Positions 1 through 10,326 of a stretch of 64,000 bases of DNA are shown here, piece after piece (within the stretch, counting starts at the first letter, position 1; every line of letters begins with the position of its first letter). This DNA is from Paragordius varius (Eukaryota; Animalia; Nematomorpha), in contig OZ176056.1 in the NCBI GenBank assembly GCA_964247055.1, positions 2,232,001 through 2,296,000 on the forward strand, in the 5' to 3' direction. A model generated the notes under the pieces. That model did no database searches. It saw nothing but the letters and a program-made list of their open reading frames with translations, and was not told where the DNA came from. Position numbers and translations under genes: made by a program.

Positions 1-430
1 TACATGACTAGCTTAAAACAACAACAATAACAACTAATAGAATAACAATACCAATTTTGATTACCACAGGTATTTATCATGTTAAGAAATGTAGATTATT
101 AAATTTAATAAGGAATAATAACATAAATAATCTTAAAATACCTATTTTACTATTTATTAATTTATTAAAGATAAAACCCACAAAATAACAACAATATTTC
201 TAAATTGCTATAATATTATCAAAATTTAACATTACAAAATATCCATCAAATTAAAGCCTATGTTAATTCTCACGTCAATCCTCTTTCATATATTAATTTT
301 GTGGATCAGCATTTTACGCATTTGATGAACCATTTATGTTATTTGACTGGCAATAGAATTACTTAACATACATTAAAAATTTACTTAGTAACTCATTGAA
401 ATAACCCCCTCTACTAAAATATTTTTTTAA

Positions 431-1560
431 GGGGTAATATATATTTTAAACCCTTATTGAATTCACATAGTCCCATAGATTTTCTGAAATTTGGCTTCAA
501 AGGCATGCTGTATCAAGGCAGTTTTACGCGGGTAGCCTACCAGGGGCGAGACATGATTAATTCCATATGATCTTGCGGGATTTTCGAAAAATTGCCTCAA
601 AACCAAAAAGTCATTCTATGATGGGGCATTCAGGGAAAGGGCCTGATTAAAGGGTAATTTAATAAAAACGCTTTATTTAAATTTTGCCTTTTTACGGGTA
701 ATATTTCAAGCCCTTATTGAACTCATATGGCCTGATATGTTTTATAAAATTTGCCTCCAAAGTCACGCTGTAATATGGTGGCGCAGTTATAGGCTGGTAG
801 CCCCTTACCCAGGAGCCAATATAATAAAGGCGTTTGATAAAGGGTTTTTGCCTTAGTGGAATATCTGGACTCATTCAATTTCTTAACGTTTTTGGAAGAA
901 TTGCCTCAAAACTAAATAATAGTTCAATAGAGCATTATTTAGGGCTCAAAGGGCCTAATCAACGGCTAATTTAAAAAAACCGCTCGACTTAAATTTTTGC
1001 TTTATTGGTAATATTTCAGGCCCTTATTAAACTTTCATGGCCTGATAAGTTTTCTGAAAATTCTTAACAACGCAATTTCGACATGGGGGCGTAGTTGTAA
1101 GCGGGTAGCTCCCTACTCAGAGGCTGATACAAAAAAAGCCCTTGATTAAAATTTTTGCCTTTTTACAGAAAATAATTGGAATCATGATTGATTCCATATG
1201 CTCTCATTAGTTTTCGGAAAAATTGCCTCAAAACATAAATTTTTCTATGGTGGCATATTTTTCAGGGCGTGAAGGGCCTAATTAACGGTTAATTTTAAAA
1301 AACCCCACGGCATAAATTTTTGCCTTGTTACGGGTAATATTTTAAGCAGCTATTGAACTTATATGGCATGATAGGTTTTCTGAAATTTAGCCCCAAAGGC
1401 ACGCTATTTAGATAAAACGGGGCAGTTTTAACGGGTAACTTCCTACCCAGCAGTTATCATCAAGGAAACGCTTGACTAAAATTTTTGCCTTTTAACAGGG
1501 AATACGTGGAATCCTTATTGAATTTTTACGGTCTCATACCTTGGGCGAAAAATAGATTTA
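431..1560. repeat. Degenerate tandem array, about four 265-325 bp units built from ~160 bp half-units
   Basis: Marker GGTAATAT at 433, 697, 1007, 1333; TTGCCTCAAAA at ~593, 901, 1222; AAATTTTTGC(C/T)TT-like motif recurring every ~160 bp (~678, 835, 990, 1150, 1314, 1478). Visibly GC-richer than the flanks. Confidence 0.8.
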
Positions 1561-1807
1561 AAATATTATTTTTGTGGACTTTGTTTTTTAAGAAATGGCA
1601 TTTTAGGGGGGGAGCGGGTAAAAAGAGGGCCTAAATTTAAAAGGCGAGCCGACAATGTTCGGCGCAATCGAAAATATTTAAAAAAAATCATATTTGAAAT
1701 CAAATGGTCCAAGACATTCTCCGAAAAATTGTCTCAAAGACACGATTTTTTGGACTTTTTTTTCAAAAAAACCGTTTTTTACATGGGGCGGGCCCGAACT
1801 GGGGACC
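1561..1807. mobile_element. Probable single terminus of a TIR DNA transposon abutting the array (PIF/Harbinger-like end)
   Basis: GC-rich end ...GGGGCGGGCCCGAACTGGGGACC followed by TAA; a GG-starting terminus with a TWA flank is Harbinger-like. No matching left end found. Confidence 0.3.
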
Positions 1808-1961
1808 TAATTACACTTAATGATTATATTTTTTCGATGTTTGGATTTGAATGGGTCTACCGGTTTTCCGGAAACAGATCACAAAGCCACCACTTTCCAT
1901 CTTTATAAATATATAGATTACCGTTTATTAACACTGGTAATGTTATGGCGTTGGTCTAATA

Positions 1962-2236
1962 CAGGGGTGTCAAACACGCGGCCAAAAATTGGAAATCCAT
2001 AGTTTTCAAATATATGCTAATAAAAGTCTAATTTAAATTGATATTTCTTTATAAATTTTTCCAAAGTCTATCCAATTAACAACTAGAAAAAAATGGTTAT
2101 ATTGCGTTAAATTTGCAGTCTTATGTTTGATAAATAATAAATTATTTAGAATGTCCATATACATTTGGAAAGCGGTCCGCCGTTTTTTTTTGAGTCAAAA
2201 ATACTCGCCCATATACATTTGTGTTTGACACCCCAG
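1962..2236. mobile_element. hAT (Buster/Charlie-type) MITE, 275 bp
   Basis: TIR CAGGGGTGTCAAACAC ... GTGTTTGACACCCCAG (1 mismatch). 8-bp flanks GTCTAATA / GACTAGTA match 6/8 with the central TA typical of Buster TSDs. Confidence 0.8.
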
Positions 2237-2840
2237 GACTAGTAGAAATAAGGAACCTCTTAAATTTTTAAAACTTCAATAACAGAGGGATTTGATGTAT
2301 AATGGCTCTTTTATCAACTCAAAAAAGAGTATTACTGATAACCTGTTAATCAACCTTACAATAATTGTGAATCGATACCTATGTAAAAGAAAAAGTACAT
2401 CGATTATAATATCCATTTTTGCCAAGAAGAATACTAACATGGTAAATAAAGAATTTTATTTAATGTATAATCATTATTTGTTTAAAAAAGGTTATATAAC
2501 TATTATAGCCTCAATTTATGTAAATAATCAATATTTAGTGCACCAGAGCTTCAAATCCAGTAATGCTAAAATTTATATATTACGATAAAATTGAACAGGC
2601 AAAAAAAGGCAAATCTTTTTAAAACTTGATTTTTTATTTGTAACTCATCGTTTTGGATTGTAAAACAGGGTATTTTTTAATATTGTTCATTTATCCAATA
2701 TATAGTTAAAGTAGAGCAATGTTTGCAAACGCTGTCGAAAATATTTGCATTGACTGTAATGTATATTTTACTGTTATATAAAGTTATTTATTTATTTACA
2801 ATAATGATTGCCCAAGAGATTATATTTATTGGATATAAAG

Positions 2841-3700
2841 TCATAGAATAGCTTTATAAGTCATTGAAATATGTAAATCATACATGATTACAAATTGAAT
2901 CAAATAAAATATAGCTAGCATGTATAAATAAGAACTTAACATTAAAATTGTTACATTTATTACACAGTCATATAAAAAAATAAAGTGAATAATTGCATAT
3001 CTGTGTGTGTAATTCCAACTGGTCCCATAACAACTGTGGTTTTTATAAGCTTGAGAATGTCGGTAACAATCCACCCTTTCTTGATTCTTGTCGTATCTAA
3101 AAATCTAAAACCTAATATTCCCTAATCCTAATCCTACCCCTACATCTTAAACGCTTAACATGGAGCTTCTAATTACTTAATTAATTTTTATTTAATATTT
3201 TAACATAACATACCTTGCTTACCCACCAAAGATATTCTAAAATATGAAAAAGCAATATAAATATATACTAAATTAAGTTATATTAACAATCACAACAAAT
3301 TAAATTTTTATTAAGTAAAAAAATACCCTGATTCACTAAAAATATAGTAAATATATTCGATTATTTTTTGGCCTAAAATTTTGTCATATAAAATAATTAT
3401 AAAACATACCTGCAGTTTTCAGATCTTTCTACAACCACCAATATATAATAATTAATTTATATTTAAAAGCATTTACAATTGCAAGTCGATGCCTGCTATA
3501 GTAAAGCATAAATGAATAGAAATAACCTTTTCTTAAAATTATACGTGACTTCGACTTTGGTATACATATTATCAAAAAATTTCTTTTATTCCTATGGCTT
3601 AAATCATTTTCATAAGGTGCCAAATTTCGAAAAAATATCGAATGTCGTAAATGGATAAACTCATTAGCTTCATAGAATGCAAAAAATTTGAAAGACACTC
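2841..3700 (-). pseudogene. Coding-like, frame-disrupted segments downstream of the modular gene, including a TM-like stretch
   Basis: ORF 3698-3429 has an in-frame TAG shortly before a phase-1 donor (GCA G|GTATGT at ~3410). ORF 3074-2841 follows a TTTAG acceptor and contains hydrophobic INVTILMLSSYLYMLAIFYLIQFVIMY. Phases do not join cleanly. Confidence 0.3.
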
Positions 3701-3777
3701 ATTATGTAAACATTTTTAATAATAGATTGAAACAACAAAACTACTGAAAGAGGTAGAAATGCAGGCGTCAGCTTAAA

Positions 3778-6700
3778 CTACCACCACATAAAATATATGT
3801 GGAAAGTGTGCCCAAAATAAATTTGTAAAAAAATAACTATGGATTTTATTTGAAAAAATTTGATTTATATATTACTTCTTGTTATGAATCCAACATGGGA
3901 ATCCAGAATTATGAGTTTGTGTGGAATATTTTGATTTAATTCGGACATATTGCTCAGTTCCTTACCAAGTGGGCTCATAATTTTTTTGGAAATCAACCAC
4001 ATGGGCGGAAAAACATTTTTAAGGTGTTTTTCGATGTCAGGACTTTGACATTTAGCATTGTCAACGAAGGTCACATTAACTAAAAAATAATCATGCATTT
4101 CATCAATTTATGTAACCAACAAATAATAAAAATAGATGGCTATGAGTGTTAACTCTTTATAAATGTAAAATTTACATGGGCGTATTAGCCATATACTCTC
4201 GAGTATTGTTTTCTTTGTTTCATCCAACAATAAATATCCTCCATAATCCTTTTCCCCGACAGTAAATGTCTTGGATACTTTGTCCTTGCCATTTTTAGTA
4301 ATGAAACCGCCCTTTTTATTGGTGAATTCTAACGTTATCTTTTCTTGCGGTAAGATCCACACAATTTCTAAACGTGTAATTACCCATTATAGTTATGCGT
4401 TAAAATTAAGTTTTTTCTTCATTAAATTTTAGATACTAACTTGTTGGTATAATGGTAAAGTTTTTAATTAACAAGCATGAGGTTGACTTCAAACTCTTGT
4501 GTGAATCATAATTAGGTTGTTGTATCGTCATAATATTTGTATTCTTATCTATCCCACTTTCTTGCAACTGCTTTTCGTTAAAACATTTGTCTGTATAGGT
4601 GGTTTCGATTAGCTGAAGTTGCGTGGTTCTTTGTACATCAGCATATATGTCAATGTTCCCTATGAGTATTAATTATATTATATATTATATATCCATATTT
4701 TCATTAATATCAAGATAAATTATTTATTGAATAAATATATTTGTAATGATTACTTTGGAGAAACACCTTAACAAACGTTTTTTCGTTCCAATGGGTTATG
4801 GTAAAATTTAGAGGATCCTTGATTATGGCACAATTATTCTCCAACTCAATTCCAATTATTTCATGATCTTCATCTGGACAAAAGTTTATATGACCTCCGT
4901 TTTGTAAATAAAGTTCTCGGGCTATAATTTATAGATTTTTATTACATAGAAATTAGTAGTTAAAAATTGGTAATACCAGACCAGTAAATTTATTTTACAT
5001 GAAAGATGAGGGTGAAAAGAATGCCCATTTTATCATTTTATCGTGTTTTGGTCTTAAGGTTTATGAAGCACTTAAATGATTACCTCGAAGGCAAAGGGAT
5101 ATCGTTAAAATTAAAGATTAAGGAATCATACATGTTTATTAAACGTAGCAGCTCTATTTTAATTTTAATAGGTTTAAAAAATTGAAAACAAATATTGAGT
5201 TTGAATCGAAAAGTAATGGATTTAAAAAGTATTAGTTTAAGTTTTGTCATAATGGGGGTGTTATATAGAAGATTCTATATCCCCATTGGGTATATAATAA
5301 AAATGAAACAATTTATAGTCTTTTTATTGCACTTTTCAAGTGGTAAGGTATCGATTATTAAATATTCCAAAGGCATCTCCTTACTTTTAGTTATCCAAAT
5401 TTCAAATACATAAGTTGTCCCACACGCTTCTATTTTGATTTCTGATTCTTTAGCAAATGTAAAGGTGTACATGTCATCTTTCCAAGATTTTAACGCACGA
5501 CTATTGATTGATTCAGGGCAACTGATACCAGGAATGTTTACTGTAAAAGTTTTCTCCATCGTGCTTTGCAAATATACTGGGACTAATAAACAAAAAAATC
5601 ACATATTTTGTTATGTATACAGTAGCGTATGCAGTGAAAGATTGTTAGTGCAAAATAATCTTAATGAACACAAAACAGGGGGATATTATGGTAGTGTAGA
5701 CAAAATCAGGGGACAATCTTGGTATATGTAAAAATGCGCATTTGGTTTTGTAAAATTGTGATGAAAAATTGTAAAAATATTAGTGAAACATTATTTCCCA
5801 GATTTCTTATAAAAAATATTAATTTTTGATTTGAATCATAGAAATGTATGATACAATTAGAAATTATAAAAGATCTTTTTAAAATTATTACTTGCTTTTC
5901 TCGATCTATTTAAAACTGAATAAGCGTGAGGTAAAAAATTAAAATATTTTTAAAATTTAGGGTTTTTTGTTAAAAATAAATTACATAAGTTTACTTGTTA
6001 AATGCATTGCTTATATTATTTGTTAACCTCTTATTAATTGCTAAACTTTTAGATTTCTTATTTTATAGTTTTCACAACATCTAATCTAGTAACGTTATCT
6101 AAATTTGATATATCCTGTAATACATTTCTAGAAGTTTGTTGAATATTTGGTATTGTGGCTTCCTTTTCCTCTAAGTATTCATAAACATTTAATAAATTTT
6201 CAATAAAAAACATCATAAATATTTCTCACAAAAATTTTATGTATTTTTTCAATACCAAATGTGCCGACCAAATGTCCTTAATTTTCATATATTAATTATC
6301 ATTCAGTCCTATTTATAAACAAATCCATAATATCCCCCTGTTTTGTGTTCATTAAGATTATTTTGCACTAACAATCTTTTACTGCATACGCTACTGTAAT
6401 AAAAAAATTTATTGTAAATTAATTAAATTAATAACAAACAGATGAGACTTATTTTGCATTTTAATAAACTTATAGGAAATGACCAAGATGTTTGACCATA
6501 AAAATATGTCATAGATTCATAAATAATTATGGCAAAGATATTAGATAAATGCGTTCATTATTTTTGAAATAAATTACACATCATACCTATTTTTTGAAAA
6601 TCTATCGTACATATACTCTCTCCGGTTGATGAGTTATATATGTAACCTTTGCCGAAATAATTTACATTTGTAATTGTTATTGAGCCATTTGCATCTAGGG

Positions 6701-9700
6701 CATTCAATTCATGGGGCTTGTCTTTGTCATCAATCATAGAAACTTTGGAGGTACGGTTTCCCATTATGATGTCATCTCGATATTTTAGTGGCTTAGAGCA
6801 TTGAACGGGACCAGTTGTCTTTGGATAAAGATGATAAGCTAGATTGTTTAAAATTTATTGTAGGATTTAATTTTATTATCACCTTTCGTGATTCTACCCG
6901 AAAGTATGATTGTAAGCTAATATTCCCATCTTTCAATTATTACCGCCTTATGGTGTGCTTGGTTAAATACAAATTGCAATAAAAATATATTATAGTTTAA
7001 AAATAAAATTAATCAATTATAAAATGCATTGTCCGCTAAAATGAGCGGATTCAAAAAACATGCAAAATGAGACGACTCGCTAAAATTATTTATATATGCT
7101 AGTTAAAATTGATTCGTATAAAAATTTTATTTACAAATTTATATTTGGAATATTATTAAGCGTTTTTTAATTTTGGGTAATTTGGAAGTATGTATCAAAC
7201 TTAATACCCTTAGGTAAGATTAAATACATTCTCTATATAGTCCGATGATGCTAAGTATCACTTCTGAGTTTCGATTAACAGATATTCCATGTTCAAGTTA
7301 ATTAAAATGCTTATTAAATTTATAAAGCGCGCACTGTTTTATTTTATGTATAAAGCGAACGATCTTTTAATCAAAATTCTGAGATCAGAGATATGTCAGC
7401 ATCGGATTATAATAAAAAAATTTTCTATGATGTAAATCGTGTTATACCGTTTCCATCATGAATCCTAAACAGTTAACTCCGAAATATATTTTAAAACAAA
7501 GTCTGCCTTTTTTGAAAAAAAATTATTTTGATGTGGTAATAATCTTAAATTAGGGTAAAATTTTTATCATTTAATTTTAGCCATTTTGTGTATTTGATGT
7601 ATGCTTACTCATTTTAGTTAGGCCTAAAATTTGAGCTTGTTAAGATGTTTTTATATATAACTTGTATTGTTTGGCCAAATAATGATATAATAACAAATTA
7701 TTTTAATGAATCAATTTAATTTAATGTGCTCTAATTTTCCCATTTTATGTGAAGCAATTACCACAAAAGAAGTGGAGATAACTTTTATAAATGACTATAA
7801 GACTCAAAACTCCATGTGCATCCTAATACAGTTTTCTATTATATTGTCAGTCATATATCAATGCGTATTTTGTGTTTAGTTGAGTTGAAAATTTCGAAAT
7901 AATAATTATACATGTTTGTTCTTACTTGTTTCATAATTAAATTGTGCCAAAGGATACGATGGTCCCATCAATGTGATTGCTCCATTTTCTTTTAGTAATG
8001 TATGATTCAATATCTCAACATGCAACACATTATCATTCATATTCTTAGTCAACTTATATGCTTTACGATCAATTTGCACATTTCCATGCTTAACTATTAT
8101 GGCACTTTCGTTAAGTGTTGCTATAAGAGGTTCCGGGAATCCTATGTCCACTTCAAATGCATTTCCGAATTCCCATGGATAATTTAAAGGTTCTATATAT
8201 ATATATATATATATAGTATAAAGATTATTGTTAACCCATGGGTAATACAGTAGCGTATGATATAAAACAAATTTTGTAAGTAATTTAAACCATTTGTTGT
8301 TTAATATCCATACGCTCCTGCTAAAAATAATATGAAGTGACCAACATGAATGTGTACAATATATATGGTAGGAATCGCGAAACCGTCAGGTAAAAATTCT
8401 CAAATTTTTGAGTTATTACCCATTTTTGGGAAATTGCAAAAGTTTTTAAATTAAAGAACTTCGGCCTTTTAAAATAGAACCAAGACTACGGCGTAATCAT
8501 AAGTTATTATTAACTATGAGAAGCCGTCAGGGAAAATGATTACATTGACATCAGTTTCATCTGATATTAAACGAAAAAAATTAATTTGAGAGTCTTAGAC
8601 CATACAAAAGCGAAATGATCAAATCCAAATCAGATGATGAACCATATTACACTCAACGGCATCAGACATTACATGTAACACAAGAACAACCAATGGACGT
8701 CTACGTGCAATGGGAAACCCCAGTAAACTCAATAAATGGGTGGCACACAATCTGTGAAATGTTAATTTCAAAATCAAAAACCGACTTGTGAAAGCTTGCT
8801 TCATTATAAAGAGAAATCATGTTTTCATTGATTTGCGCGGGTGATCATTAGCTAAACCAAATTGCCTTAGCAAAACCATGCTTTATGTCGGAGGAGACCA
8901 GAGCGGTTTGCCTTTAAAACTTATGAAGCACGGTCAAATCGTTGATATATAATTCTATTGCTAACAACTAATAAAGTTTAACCATGTATTCATTAATCAA
9001 AAAATGACCGTAATGTTCCAAAAAGGACATCCAAATTAATATTGCCACATAATGCTCCGTCTCATACAACAAAAACCCATTAGAGTTACCTAGAAAATGC
9101 TTTGATAGAAAATTCTTTCGCATCCGCTCTACTCTCTTAATCCGGCACCCTTTTATCAATGTGTCATACGCTCTCAGAGTTCCACTTTAATAACTTTCGA
9201 TGACGTTGAAAAAAGTCAATATATTCTGGTCTAGCGATTCTATATAACGTGCGAGATGGGTGAAATATGTGGAAAATGGACAATAATTCGAATTAAAGAA
9301 AAAATCGCTTACCCTCAAATTTTAGTGGCTTTAAAGCAATTGGTAAAGATTATGACATGACACCTGGTAAAACCAATTTGTTCCCTAAATAAAGCCTAAT
9401 AACTTAAACTATACACCTCCAATAACTTTTTCAAATTTGTAAAACCACAAAAGGTAGCAAAGACTCCAGATTAGCAACCCAAACCATATCTCGGTTATCA
9501 ATCTTAAATTATTAGTTTATTAAAACTAACCTGTAATCCACATCTCATAAACTATTTGTTGGTTTTTCTGTTTACACACGTAAGTCCCTGAGTTAGATTG
9601 ATTTCGCCGTATATGCAATTTCTTGTTTTCGAATCGAATGTCTTCTGTCAGATTAATATTAATTGGTTGATCGCAGCTCAAATTGTAAAAACCGTTTTCG

Positions 9701-9894
9701 TCAACCTGAGTGCTGATAAAATATTTGTTCCAGCTACTATTAACATTATTGAGGGAAGGAACGTTTTTGTAGCCTTCAGTTTGTTTTTGACCAGATTGTG
9801 TGAAAATCAGTTCTATTCTTGCTAAAACAATAAGAGCAATTAGATTAGTAAAAATATTTTGGACAAAACTCCGACCAAACATAATAAATAACAT
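3778..9894 (-). CDS. Unrecognised modular secreted/surface protein, ~640 aa: signal peptide, tandem beta-rich (Ig-like?) modules, hydrophobic tail; 3' end uncertain
   Basis: Hand-built exons (-): 9894-9531, 8192-7926, 6838-6587, 5582-5385, 4921-4754, 4659-4441, 4367-4176, 4079-3876, 3836-3778. All introns are GT-AG and phase 1, and internal exon lengths (267, 252, 198, 168, 219, 192, 204) are all multiples of 3 with open frames. Exon 1 has an Ig-like pattern (LSCDQP...SNSGTYVCK). The terminal exon choice is tentative. Confidence 0.6.
5620..6396. mobile_element. Non-autonomous TIR element, 777 bp, TA-flanked (Tc1/mariner-like), in intron 3 of the modular gene
   Basis: ~72-bp near-perfect TIRs (CAGTAGCGTATGCAGT...GGGGATATTATGG at 5620-5691 and its reverse complement at 6325-6396); TA on both sides; no 8-bp TSD. 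Confidence 0.8.
8258..8320. mobile_element. 63-bp mini-derivative of the CAGTAGCGTATG element
   Basis: CAGTAGCGTATG ... CATACGCTCCTG (11/12 inverted match), the same terminus as 5620-6396. Confidence 0.45.
8950..9200 (-). mobile_element. Possible decayed CR1/L2-type LINE reverse transcriptase C-terminal fragment
   Basis: RIKRVERMRKNFLS...LYETE...SFLEH loosely resembles the IERVQKKF...SYEERL...SLEHRR region of CR1/L2 RTs. Recognised by eye only. Confidence 0.3.
9313..9489 (-). pseudogene. Dead phase-1 module exon in intron 1 of the modular gene
   Basis: 177 bp (59 codons) between an AG and a strong donor GAG G|GTAAGC, same phase-1 symmetry as the live exons, but carries three in-frame stops (TGA, TAA, TAA). 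Confidence 0.4.
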
Positions 9895-10326
9895 TATATT
9901 TTAGAAAATTAAAAAAAATGGTGTTTTTTAACTTTCTTGTAATATATACGGTGTCTCTAACCAGCACTGCATAATCTTATTGGTTCACGTGTTGTAATAT
10001 CATTTGACCACATGTAAAAGAGTTATTGTAATTGCAATCAATATACCTTCTATTATTAAATATTTTAATTCTATAAAAAATAAAAATCTTAAATGATTAT
10101 TAAAAAATAAATGTTTACATAGATCTTTATGACGATCCTATACATAAATAATAAATTTAAATGACTTTAAAAGTTTTTATCACCAAAAAAACAGCAAAAA
10201 GCGGCAAGACATGGATTTTCCCAAAAAATATAATCCTATTAGATAATAAATGGTCATTTGTTATAAAAATATAACGGTTTAAGGCTTAAGGCATGTTTTA
10301 TGCGACCAGTTATATTTTCCCTATAC

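Noticed and set aside
1-350. Short hydrophobic or Cys-rich frames at the window start
   Set aside because: Under 30 codons, no consistent splice framework, and truncated by the window edge.
7235-7412. Weak inverted repeat TATAGTCCGATGATG / CAGCATCGGATTATA
   Set aside because: Only 13/15 matching with no second copy or clear TSD; possibly an ancient MITE but not supportable.
2841-9894. In-frame TAA/TAG inside coding-like stretches suggested a reassigned genetic code
   Set aside because: OAT, GLMP, FERM and ADAM are fully open in the standard code, use CAA/CAG for Gln and end in TGA/TAG; the stops are explained by introns or decay.
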